DNA of 48,567 bases from an uncultured bacterium (GCA_902791745.1 CADAWZ010000001.1:1-48567); one strand, 5' to 3'; numbered from the stretch's first letter, positions 1 to 8,684 are shown. Notes: generated from the sequence alone by a model not told the origin. Made by a program: numbers and translations.

Positions 1-1
1 A

Positions 2-142
2 TTAAAAGCAGATAAAGGCGGAAGTATTGTCATTAAAAATAATCCAAAATTTGTAAAAGAAATTGAAGTTGAATCAGATGATATTTTTTTTGACATTGAC
101 AATAAAGAAGCTTGGAAAAATTTTATTATGGAGTGTTGGTAA
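2..142 (+). CDS. 3' end of an unidentified CDS (46 codons, ...FFDIDNKEAWKNFIMECW*)
   Basis: The frame is open from the window edge to TAA at 140-142. The DIDxxE..W ending weakly resembles the C-terminus of MobA-like nucleotidyltransferases. The last codons and the stop lie inside the repeat-element end (130-152). Confidence 0.4.
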   Translation, partial: LKADKGGSIVIKNNPKFVKEIEVESDDIFFDIDNKEAWKNFIMECW

Positions 143-540
143 ACTCTATTTTTGTATATTTAAATTATTAGTTTTCTGCCTATTTTTTATTTTGTGCCGA
201 ATGTTACTTTGTTTGAAAAAGCTCACTCTAAACACTCGCAAGCTCATGATGTCGTTCGCTTTTTCATAGCAAAGCAACATTTATTTTATTTAGTGTTAAT
301 TGCTGATATTTCTTTCTACTTATGACTAATTTGCAAATCTTAGGAGTGTAATAGACTCACTAAACAATTTTACCCCAAAGTTTATATCTAAATTCTAAAA
401 ACAGCCATTCTTTTTCTAAGTGCATCTTTTATAGAAACTACTACAGAAAATTGAAATCGTTCCCTTATTACACTCCAAAAACTTTGTTTACTTGTTAAAT
501 AATGCCTATTTTTGAAAATTATTTAACTGCCAAATTAACA
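130..540 (-). repeat. Copy 1 of the structured intergenic repeat family, inverted relative to copies 2 and 3. Composite of a full unit (343-476) plus a mini unit (200-281).
   Basis: The reverse complement of 401-449 shares TTTTCTGTAGTAGTTTCT, TGCACTTA and GAATGGCTGT with 8502-8550. Helix GGAGTGTAATA 343-353 pairs with TATTACACTCC 466-476. Second helix is 365-371/447-453. Positions 130-152 match the reverse complement of 8655-8677 at 22/23. The strand shown is relative orientation only. Confidence 0.7.
200..281 (-). repeat. Miniature unit of the repeat family: a long bipartite hairpin enclosing GAACGA...TTTAGAGTGA
   Basis: AATGTTACTTTG 200-211 pairs with CAAAGCAACATT 270-281, with one A.C that becomes a U.G wobble on the minus strand. 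TGAAAAAGC 214-222 pairs with GCTTTTTCA 258-266. On the minus strand the enclosed loop starts GAACGAC and ends TTTAGAGTGA, like the junction motifs of the full units. Confidence 0.5.
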
Positions 541-568
541 ATGAGGGACGGAAGACGGACGGAATAAG

Positions 569-1111
569 TTAGATAATCTTTTTTAACAAGGCAGAGGACA
601 TGACGGCTATTCCCTCACCTCTTCCCAAAAATCCCATTTTTTCATTTGTCTTTGCTTTAACTCCAATATGATTTTCATCAATTTCACATATCAAGGCTGT
701 ATTTTGTGCTATTTCTCTTTTATATTTATATAATTTTGGTTCTTCAGCAATTATAATAGTATCAATATTAACTATTTGAAACCCCTTTAAATTCAATCTT
801 TTTACTACATCTTCCAAAAGAAATGCACTTGATATTCCCTTATAATCTGGGTCTGTATCAGGGAAAAGAGTTCCGATGTCTCCCATAGCACTTGCACCTA
901 AAAGAGAATCAATAACAGCATGAAAAAAAACATCTCCATCAGAATGAGCATAAAAACCTTTTTCATAAGGAATATTAACTCCACCAAGAACAATTCCCAT
1001 TTTAGAAGGATCAAATTTATGACTGTCAAAACCTATTCCAGTAAAATATTCAAAAGAAGTAATATTTTCTAATTTTTCTAATCTTTTTAAAATATCATCC
1101 ATAAAAATCAT
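569..1111 (-). CDS. ispF: 2-C-methyl-D-erythritol 2,4-cyclodiphosphate synthase
   Basis: Motifs GIGFDSHKF, HSDGDVFFHAVIDSLLGA and DIG..FPDTDP..KG are present. The ORF-track start at 1117 is TTG, with ATGs at 1111 and 1102. There is an N-terminal extension of about 25 aa relative to typical IspF, and no clear SD. Confidence 0.85.
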   Translation of the reverse strand: MIFMDDILKRLEKLENITSFEYFTGIGFDSHKFDPSKMGIVLGGVNIPYEKGFYAHSDGDVFFHAVIDSLLGASAMGDIGTLFPDTDPDYKGISSAFLLEDVVKRLNLKGFQIVNIDTIIIAEEPKLYKYKREIAQNTALICEIDENHIGVKAKTNEKMGFLGRGEGIAVMSSALLKKII

Positions 1112-1760
1112 GTCCAATCAAAAGAATTTAAATATAATAGAAATATTCCCAAGTATTCAGGGAGAATCAACATATCAAGGTGAGCCATGCACATTTATAA
1201 GGCTAAGTGGCTGTAATCTAAAATGTAAATACTGTGATACATTGTATTCACATGAAAAAGGAGTAGAAATTTCACAAGATACAATTATCAAAAAAGTAAA
1301 AGAATATGGCAATAAAATAGTAGAAATTACAGGTGGCGAACCACTTCTCCAAAAAAATAGTATTGAATTAATGGAAAAACTTATAGATTTAGGCTATACA
1401 GTATTACTTGAAACAAATGGAAGCATTTCAATAAAAAATGTTCCAAAAGATGTAATAAGTATAGTTGACATAAAAAGTCCTGCAAGTGGAATGAATGACA
1501 AGATGTCAAAAGAAAATATCGAAATAATCAGACCTCATGACCAAATAAAATTTGTATTAATGGATAGAAAAGATTATCTATGGGCCAAAGAATTTGTTCA
1601 AAAATTCAATTTAACATCTCGATGTAAGATATTATTTTCTGCTGTATTTGAATCACTTCCTTTAAATGAATTGGCAGATTGGATCGTCGAAGATAAACTA
1701 AATGTTAGATTAAATGTACAAATACACAAGTTTATTTGGGGAATAGATTCAAGAAAGTGA
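1110..1760 (+). CDS. queE: 7-carboxy-7-deazaguanine synthase (radical SAM)
   Basis: The N-terminus IEIFPSIQGEST and the CNLKCKYCDT radical-SAM cluster are present, and the 216-aa length is typical. The gene ends with TGA. Confidence 0.85.
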   Translation: MSNQKNLNIIEIFPSIQGESTYQGEPCTFIRLSGCNLKCKYCDTLYSHEKGVEISQDTIIKKVKEYGNKIVEITGGEPLLQKNSIELMEKLIDLGYTVLLETNGSISIKNVPKDVISIVDIKSPASGMNDKMSKENIEIIRPHDQIKFVLMDRKDYLWAKEFVQKFNLTSRCKILFSAVFESLPLNELADWIVEDKLNVRLNVQIHKFIWGIDSRK

Positions 1761-1765
1761 AAGAC

Positions 1766-1803
1766 ATAAAAAAGGTGTATGAAAAAATCATACACCTTTT
1801 TAC
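1766..1803. terminator. Bidirectional intrinsic terminator between queE and the acylase gene
   Basis: AAAGGTGTATGA 1771-1782 pairs with TCATACACCTTT 1788-1799. An A-run lies upstream and a T-run downstream. Confidence 0.75.
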
Positions 1804-1817
1804 TATTTTACAAACTA

Positions 1818-4145
1818 TTATTTTTTAGGTCTTGTATACTTCAATGTATTAGAACTCTCTTCTTTATGTCTAATATCTTCATCATAGAAAAGAACTGTTT
1901 TATATCTTCTTATGTTGTAAAGTTCTTTTTGATCATCTTTGTGAGATGGCTTTGAATCATTTCCAACATAAGCACCTTCTCCTGGTGTCAATACACTAAC
2001 ACCTTTAACCCAAAAACGATTTACTTCCCACATCATTATTGTACTTGCCCTGTTTCCACAGTAAATTTGTTCACCTGAAGGCAAAGACATATCTTCAGAA
2101 GATTGTGGAACTGGTGGAACATAAGTCGAAACTTCAGCCTTTTCTCTCCATTGAGACATATCATAACCATTTGAATTTGAAAGGGAGTATATCGTATTCT
2201 TCATTGCCTCTTCAGAAACATCTTCAATAGACCTTCCCTTTAAAAAATCATATGGAAGTGAAGCTCCACTTAGCACATTGAAAATAAAAGGAGCACCATA
2301 TTCATTTACTGCATATTCCATATATTTTCCATCTATTTCAGGACACAACAATTTTGCAAATTCATTCATCCATCTATGGAAAATAGGAATTGCAGGTTTC
2401 TCATAATATCCATTTGCACTTGCTATTTTATATCCATCCCAATCTTTGAGGTATTCAACAGCTTTCACCACATTTGAATCTTGAGATTTTGACAATTTTT
2501 CAATCAATAAAGGCTTTATTTCATTTGCATATATGTCCATATAAGCTATTTTGTAATCTATTGCATCAAGATCACCAAAAGTAAATTTCTTTTGAACATC
2601 GACATAACTTCTGACATGGTTTACTCTGTTCTGAGAACCCCATATGTAAGTTTTTTCTCCATTATCCCAAGTCAAAGATGGCTTTGAATTCCAATCTGCA
2701 TAAAATCCTCTCGATGTATTACGATAAATAGGAATCTTATCATAGCTCAAAAATTCCTTCTTATTCCCTGTATCCATTCCTCTTTGAGGCAATCTCGAAT
2801 CAACGCCTTCAGCACGAAGTGGGTATTTTCCTGTATGCATAAAAACAGGTGGATTCTTTTGATTGATATAAAATATATTTGATGAAATAGGATAAGTTTT
2901 AAATGCCTTTACAAAAGAATCTGTTGAATAACTCTTCATTGCATTATAAGTATTCATCCAAGAAGATGCTATTTCTTCAGGCGTTACAGCTACACTTTTT
3001 ACATAAGCCATAGGATTTTTAGGATCTGAAAGTTCTGTAGAAACAACAAATCCATTATTTGTCGATACTATATCAAAATCCACAGGTTCTGAATTCTTTA
3101 CATTTATTTTATATGACTTTATAGTCATATCTTTCCACACATCATCACTTCTGTATTGTGTATTATTAGAAGGATTCAACATTTCTATATAATAGTCAAT
3201 CTGATTATCACTTCCACCTGTAACTGTCCAAGCTCCATATTTATTTTGTGCAATAGAAAGACCAGGAAGACCTACTGTCTGGATTCCATAGCAATGTATA
3301 TCCTTTGAATGAAGAGAACATTCATAAAATAAAGATGGATCACTAAATCCATACTGTGGACCAGACAAAAGCATAGAATTTCCAGTAGCACTTTTTGAAG
3401 CAGAAAGAACAACTGCATAACTTCCAACACCATAAGGAACACCAAATTTTTTAGCAAGTTCCTTTGAAGCCTCAATATCTTTTTTATTATCTGCTATAAC
3501 TTTTTCTGCCATAAATGGATTTATATCAGATACAATAGAAGATGCTGTTTGATCATTCAATTTTAAAATACTATCAAAAATCAACTTTCCGTCTATTTGC
3601 CCATAATTTTCAACAAGTTTTTGAAGAAATCTTAAATTTGTAAGTTCTTCTGCTCCATCATAAATATATCTATAACGTGCAAAGCAAACTTTAAAAACAT
3701 CTGCTTCCGTCCACTTTACAGGTTCGATTCCATATTTAGCAAATTCTTCTGGAACTTTTCCCATAGAAACAACTTCATCAATTCTTGCATTTATTCCATC
3801 AGCAAATGCTTTAAATTTAGTTCTCTGAGATTCTGGAAATGATTTAACAAGTGTAGTCAACTCATCATCAATCGGGAAATAACGAAGATACATCTTGTCA
3901 TAATCAATATAACCTTTTCCAAGAACTTCACTCATCTTTCCCGAAGATGATAATCTAACCATTTCAAGTTGAAACAGTCTATCACATGCTTGTGCATATC
4001 CTTGACCATAAAAAGCCCCTTCATCTGATTCAGAGTAAATATGAGGAACTCCAAAATCATCCCTCGATATTTTTACATCTTCAGCAAATGCTGGCATGAA
4101 GGAAATTGCGACAAAAGCAATAAATGCAGAAAAATATTTTTGCAT
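1818..4145 (-). CDS. Penicillin acylase family protein (Ntn hydrolase, peptidase S45), secreted
   Basis: The 775-aa size fits the family. Signal peptide is MQKYFSAFIAFVAISFMPAFA. An internal GVGSYAVVLSASKSATGNSMLLSGPQ matches the beta-subunit N-terminal Ser region. The ATG at 4145 is preceded by AAAGGAG; the track start at 4160 is TTG. Confidence 0.7.
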   Translation of the reverse strand: MQKYFSAFIAFVAISFMPAFAEDVKISRDDFGVPHIYSESDEGAFYGQGYAQACDRLFQLEMVRLSSSGKMSEVLGKGYIDYDKMYLRYFPIDDELTTLVKSFPESQRTKFKAFADGINARIDEVVSMGKVPEEFAKYGIEPVKWTEADVFKVCFARYRYIYDGAEELTNLRFLQKLVENYGQIDGKLIFDSILKLNDQTASSIVSDINPFMAEKVIADNKKDIEASKELAKKFGVPYGVGSYAVVLSASKSATGNSMLLSGPQYGFSDPSLFYECSLHSKDIHCYGIQTVGLPGLSIAQNKYGAWTVTGGSDNQIDYYIEMLNPSNNTQYRSDDVWKDMTIKSYKINVKNSEPVDFDIVSTNNGFVVSTELSDPKNPMAYVKSVAVTPEEIASSWMNTYNAMKSYSTDSFVKAFKTYPISSNIFYINQKNPPVFMHTGKYPLRAEGVDSRLPQRGMDTGNKKEFLSYDKIPIYRNTSRGFYADWNSKPSLTWDNGEKTYIWGSQNRVNHVRSYVDVQKKFTFGDLDAIDYKIAYMDIYANEIKPLLIEKLSKSQDSNVVKAVEYLKDWDGYKIASANGYYEKPAIPIFHRWMNEFAKLLCPEIDGKYMEYAVNEYGAPFIFNVLSGASLPYDFLKGRSIEDVSEEAMKNTIYSLSNSNGYDMSQWREKAEVSTYVPPVPQSSEDMSLPSGEQIYCGNRASTIMMWEVNRFWVKGVSVLTPGEGAYVGNDSKPSHKDDQKELYNIRRYKTVLFYDEDIRHKEESSNTLKYTRPKK

Positions 4146-4162
4146 ATTTACTCCTTTCAATA

Positions 4163-5701
4163 TTAAGAAAGTTTAGAATCAGAATTTGCAAAATCTGCAA
4201 GGTATTGATAGAGAAGTCTAACACCAACAGCAGTTGCTCCCTCTTTAGGTACATAGGGATTTTTAATATACTGATGAATTGAAACATTTGTTGTAGATGT
4301 TCCAGCTATATCTATATGAGCCCATTTTGTTTCACCAACAAATTCTTTTAGGAACATTCCAGCTGTAATTGTCCCTGCTCCTCTTCCACCACTATTTTGT
4401 AGATCTGCTACATCGCTGCGAATCTGCATTGCAAATTCTTTATACAAAGGTAATTCCCAAACTCTTTCGCCACATTTTTCCCCTGCTTCTTTGATTGCAT
4501 TTACCAAAGTAGGATCTGTTCCCATAATACCAGAAAGCTGATTTCCAAGTGCTATTACAACAGCACCTGTCAAAGTAGCTATGTCAATTAAATATTCTAT
4601 ACCCTTTTTACGTATCCAAGTTAGTGCATCAGCAAGAAGAAGTCTTCCTTCTGCATCTGTACTTATTATTTCAATAGTTTTTCCTTCAAGTGATTTTACA
4701 ATATCACCAGGCTTATAAGAGTTACCTGCAACCATGTTTTCTGCAAGTGGCATAACAGCACGACAATTTACTTTAACACCGAGTTCAGCAATACTCTTTA
4801 TAGCTCCGAGAACTGCACCAGCTCCACCCATATCACAGTGCATTCTTTCCATAGAACTTGGAGGCTTTAAATCATAACCACCTGAATCAAATGTTATCCC
4901 TTTTCCAACAAGTCCAATCCAAGGACCACCAGGATTTCCTTCATAAGCAATTTCAAGCATGCGAGGTGGAGCACAATTTGCCGATCTACCAACAGCATAA
5001 AATGCTCCCATACCTTCTTTTAAAATATCATTTTCATCTAAAATATTTATTCTAACATTTAAATCTTTCATTTTTTGACAAGCAGTTTCAACAAACATTT
5101 CTGGTGTCATATAACTTGCAGGCTCATTTACAAGATCTCTCACAAAATTTGTATTACAAGCCACAGTATAACCTTCTGCAAATCCTGCTCTCAATTCTTC
5201 AATATTCTCAGAAGAACTATCAGCAATTGTCAATTCTTCTATTTTGTCTTTATATTTTTCTGCAGTTTTTTCACTCATATATTTTGTAAATTTATAAAGA
5301 CCAAGAACAACACCTTCAGCAATAGCTTTTGCACTTTCTCTTGGACCTATTCCATAAGTTGTAAAACTATCAACGGCAAGAGATTTTGCATGTATTCTGC
5401 GACAATTTCTTGCAGCTATTGCAACAACACTACGTATTTTATCTAAATTCAAATCTTCTTTTTTACCAAGACCAATTAAAAGAACTCTTTTGGCACCTAT
5501 TCCAGTTACATGAAGAGTTGAAAACTCTTTATATTGTCCTCTCACTTCACCTGTGGAAAGAAGTCTTCCAATCTGTCCACCTAAAATTCTGTCAAGCCAT
5601 GAAAGACGACCTGTAAGTTCTTTTTCGCCCTGAAATACTGTAACTAAAAGCATTTCAGCTTTTACATCTTCAAGAGGGCTTACAGTAGCAAGCAAATTCA
5701 T
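4163..5701 (-). CDS. pepA: Leucyl aminopeptidase (M17)
   Basis: Motifs VGKGITFDSGGYDLKP, STDAEGRLLLADAL and ATLTGA are present. The ATG at 5701 has GGAGG 7 nt upstream; the track start at 5722 is GTG. Confidence 0.9.
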   Translation of the reverse strand: MNLLATVSPLEDVKAEMLLVTVFQGEKELTGRLSWLDRILGGQIGRLLSTGEVRGQYKEFSTLHVTGIGAKRVLLIGLGKKEDLNLDKIRSVVAIAARNCRRIHAKSLAVDSFTTYGIGPRESAKAIAEGVVLGLYKFTKYMSEKTAEKYKDKIEELTIADSSSENIEELRAGFAEGYTVACNTNFVRDLVNEPASYMTPEMFVETACQKMKDLNVRINILDENDILKEGMGAFYAVGRSANCAPPRMLEIAYEGNPGGPWIGLVGKGITFDSGGYDLKPPSSMERMHCDMGGAGAVLGAIKSIAELGVKVNCRAVMPLAENMVAGNSYKPGDIVKSLEGKTIEIISTDAEGRLLLADALTWIRKKGIEYLIDIATLTGAVVIALGNQLSGIMGTDPTLVNAIKEAGEKCGERVWELPLYKEFAMQIRSDVADLQNSGGRGAGTITAGMFLKEFVGETKWAHIDIAGTSTTNVSIHQYIKNPYVPKEGATAVGVRLLYQYLADFANSDSKLS

Positions 5702-5881
5702 AAAATAACCTCCAAATGGCACAAAATCAATGTATAGTGCCTAAATTCTACATATTATGTTAATAAATTTTATATTTTTTGAAATAATATTCTTCTATAT
5801 TTTATAAGTTTCTTCCTTTAGAGGATTATTTACAAAATCAAAAGAATTTCTAAAAAAAAGATTATTAGAGGAGAATTTATT

Positions 5882-6388
5882 TTGAATAAATCATATATTG
5901 GAGCTTGTGGAAATTATTGTGGTTCTTGTCCTATTATGACAGCACAAAAAAAAGGAATAGAATACCAAAAAAAATTATCTTCTTCCTTATCATCTCAAAT
6001 GGGTAAGACTATAAGCATAAATGACATACAATGTCCTGGATGTAAAGACTCTATAAAAGATAGGCATTCTTGGGCATTTAGATGTAATTTAAGAAAATGT
6101 GTAACAGGTAAGGGACATGAAAATTGTTCTTCGTGTGAAGAATTAAAAACTTGTAAGAGAATAAAAGATATGTCAGACCTTTATGCTGGGACACTTTTAA
6201 AACAACTCGATGAATACAAAAATTTAGGAGCTGAAAAATGGTATTCATTGATGGAAAAACGTTGGACTTGTAAAGATTGCGGAGAAGCTATTGATGCCTC
6301 AACAAAAAAATGCATTTGTTGTAACTCAGATAATTCTAAACATGTAAATTCAACATTTGAAAAACAAAACGAAGAAAAAGAAAATTAA
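5882..6388 (+). CDS. Cys-rich DUF3795-like protein with a C-terminal zinc-ribbon-like CxxC pairs
   Basis: The N-terminal GACGNYCGSCP, CPGC, CSSC and CKDC...CICC motifs are present. The TTG start has AGGAGA upstream. Confidence 0.55.
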   Translation: MNKSYIGACGNYCGSCPIMTAQKKGIEYQKKLSSSLSSQMGKTISINDIQCPGCKDSIKDRHSWAFRCNLRKCVTGKGHENCSSCEELKTCKRIKDMSDLYAGTLLKQLDEYKNLGAEKWYSLMEKRWTCKDCGEAIDASTKKCICCNSDNSKHVNSTFEKQNEEKEN

Positions 6389-6410
6389 AAGTTAAGGAGA
6401 GTGATTTTTA

Positions 6411-8438
6411 ATGCAGAGTACTCTACAACCTGGCATGACTCTTTGCGGAAAATATAAAATTCTCCAAAAAATAGGCAAAGGTGGAATGGCATTTGTATTT
6501 AAAGCTTATTCTTTAGTCCACAATAAAGAATGTGCTTTAAAAGAAATGCAAGACCAGTATTTAGATCCAGAATCAAAAGATAAGATTACAGCTCAATTTA
6601 TGAATGAAGCTATAACCTTGAGTAAACTCAATCACCCTGGTGTTCCTTATGTTCTTGAAACATTCGAAGCAGATGGCAAACATTACCTTGCAATGGAATA
6701 TGTTGCAGGAGACACACTTGAAGATTTTGTAGTCAATTCTCCTGCCCTTTTGACTCAAAATCAAGTACTGGGAATAGTATGGCAAATAACTGATATTCTA
6801 AAATATTTACACAATCTACCTGAACCTGTTATTTTGAGAGATTTAAAACCGTCTAATATAATGTTAAATAAAGACGGAAAAATAAAAATAATTGATTTCG
6901 GAATAGCAAAAGTTTTTGAACAAGGCAATGCAAGTCGGACCATGGCCAAAATAAAAGGTTCTGGTTCAAGTGGTTTTGCCCCTCCTGAACAATATGGAGC
7001 TGGTGGAACAGACAAACGCTCAGATATATATGCCTTTGGAGTAACGATATATTATCTTCTCACAGGTCAGATATTACCAGATTCAGTTGACAGAATTTTA
7101 AGTGGTGGAAGGCTCGATCCTGTAAAAGATGTAAATCCAACTGCAGGGAATGCAATACAAATAATGATTGAAAAAATGGTTCAATTAAAACCTGCAGACA
7201 GATTCCAAAATGTTGAAGAAATAATTGAATATCTAAAACAAAATGGAATGAGTGGAGATTTCCCTCTTTTAAAACCAACAATTTCACCATACCAAGAAGA
7301 AATAAAACCAGAATATGAATTTCCTGATTTTTCCCAAGAGGAAGAAGAACAGGAAGAAGAAGATTCAAATATATATCTTCCTCGACAAGTTTACAATAAG
7401 AGAAGAAATACACAAAATGATAATAGAGACGAAGAAAATTATCAAAGAAAATCTGAAATAAAAAATAGATTTGATTCCACTTCAGTTCCTCTACAGACAG
7501 AAAAATTACTTGGTTCAAATGGAATCGCAGATGGAGTAAAATCTGATGGTTCTCTAAGAAAAAATATAGAAGAAATAGCTGCACAGGATACAACAAGAAG
7601 GCTAAATCAGTCAGATATTTCACAATTTTTAACTCAAAAAAATCCTGAACTCGCAAACAAACTATCTGCCCCTAAAAAAGAAGAAGCACAATCAGAAAAA
7701 GAGAAAAAACCTGTTAAGTGGGGATGTTTTATATGGACAATCTTAATTTTAGCAATTTTTGGTGTGGGTGGATATTATGGATATAATTGGGCAAAAGCTC
7801 ACATATTTCCAACTCCAGAAAAACAACTAAAATTAAAACAAGAAAATGAAACATCAAAAATAGAACCAAAGAAAGAAGAAAAACCTGTTATAACATATGT
7901 TGAACAGAGTTCATCTGGTAAAATATCTCAAATTGTTAAAGATGGTAATACAAAGACTCTCATATTAAAATCACTTGTAGATGGCAAATATGTAAAACTA
8001 AAACAAGGAGAAGAACCACTTCCTGAAGGATTAAAAGTAGGTGCAGAGGTAAGTGTCATATACAAAATTCCAAAAACGAATCCTCAACAACCTTATGAAA
8101 TAATAAAAATTAAAATGGCAAATCCAAATCCAAAAACAGAAGTAACACCAAAAGCTAAACCTTCATCAACGAATAATTCATCAAATTATTCGTCTGGTTC
8201 ATCAAATTATACGCCACCGAGCAGTTCTAACTACTCTTCTGGTTCATCGAGTTATACACCACCAAGTAGACCGTCTAATTACTCAGCTGGTTCATCGAGT
8301 TATACTCCTCCAAGCAGACCATCAAGTAGTTCATCTGGTACTTCATCAAGTTATACTCCACCAAGCAGTTCATCAAGTAGCTCATCGAGTACATCAGAAT
8401 CAGGTGGATTTACTCAAAAAAGATCTACAGATTATTAG
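6411..8438 (+). CDS. Membrane Ser/Thr protein kinase with an extracytoplasmic domain and a Ser/Pro-rich YTPPS-repeat tail
   Basis: Motifs GKGGMAFVF, ALKE, ILRDLKPSNIM, DFGIAK and FAPPEQ are present. The TM segment is WGCFIWTILILAIFGVGGYYGY. The tail contains 4 x YTPPS in a poly-Ser context. Confidence 0.85.
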   Translation: MQSTLQPGMTLCGKYKILQKIGKGGMAFVFKAYSLVHNKECALKEMQDQYLDPESKDKITAQFMNEAITLSKLNHPGVPYVLETFEADGKHYLAMEYVAGDTLEDFVVNSPALLTQNQVLGIVWQITDILKYLHNLPEPVILRDLKPSNIMLNKDGKIKIIDFGIAKVFEQGNASRTMAKIKGSGSSGFAPPEQYGAGGTDKRSDIYAFGVTIYYLLTGQILPDSVDRILSGGRLDPVKDVNPTAGNAIQIMIEKMVQLKPADRFQNVEEIIEYLKQNGMSGDFPLLKPTISPYQEEIKPEYEFPDFSQEEEEQEEEDSNIYLPRQVYNKRRNTQNDNRDEENYQRKSEIKNRFDSTSVPLQTEKLLGSNGIADGVKSDGSLRKNIEEIAAQDTTRRLNQSDISQFLTQKNPELANKLSAPKKEEAQSEKEKKPVKWGCFIWTILILAIFGVGGYYGYNWAKAHIFPTPEKQLKLKQENETSKIEPKKEEKPVITYVEQSSSGKISQIVKDGNTKTLILKSLVDGKYVKLKQGEEPLPEGLKVGAEVSVIYKIPKTNPQQPYEIIKIKMANPNPKTEVTPKAKPSSTNNSSNYSSGSSNYTPPSSSNYSSGSSSYTPPSRPSNYSAGSSSYTPPSRPSSSSSGTSSSYTPPSSSSSSSSSTSESGGFTQKRSTDY

Positions 8439-8440
8439 AG

Positions 8441-8684
8441 CCTGTTGGTAAACTACCAATTAGCCAATTTTGTGCGATATAAGATAGTGAACGATATCCA
8501 TTTTTCTGTAGTAGTTTCTTGCAGATTGCACTTAAATAACGAATGGCTGTTATTATAATTTAGTATTTTTGAAGAGGAAAAAATGGTCTAGTGAACATCT
8601 TATATCCAAAAATTGGCATTGGCGTAGGTAGAAAATTAACAAATTAAACATACTAAAATAGAGTTTTCCAACACTCCCTAAATA
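8441..8684 (+). repeat. Copy 2 of the structured intergenic repeat family (best-defined copy)
   Basis: Outer helix is 8464-8472/8607-8616, inner helix GATATAAGAT 8476-8485/ATCTTATATC 8597-8606, and second helix CCATTTTT 8498-8505/AAAAATGG 8579-8586. Conserved blocks lie at 8502-8550. The ends are inverted-repeat-like: TGTTGGTAAAC 8443-8453 against the reverse complement of 8663-8673 (10/11). Confidence 0.7.

Noticed and set aside
343-476. Possible hammerhead or other small self-cleaving ribozyme in the repeat core (CUGUAGUAG resembles CUGAUGAG)
   Set aside because: The CUGAUGA box is not matched. No GAAA plus cleavage-site arrangement around three stems could be drawn on either strand.
546-563. 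GC-rich TCCGTC-type direct repeats right after the ispF stop
   Set aside because: They stand out in AT-rich DNA, but they are too short and too isolated to assign. They are mentioned under the copy-1 finding and not given a separate call.
7060-7656. 198-aa minus-strand ORF inside the kinase gene
   Set aside because: It lies antisense to a well-supported kinase CDS, has a Leu/Phe-rich AT-bias composition and has no SD.
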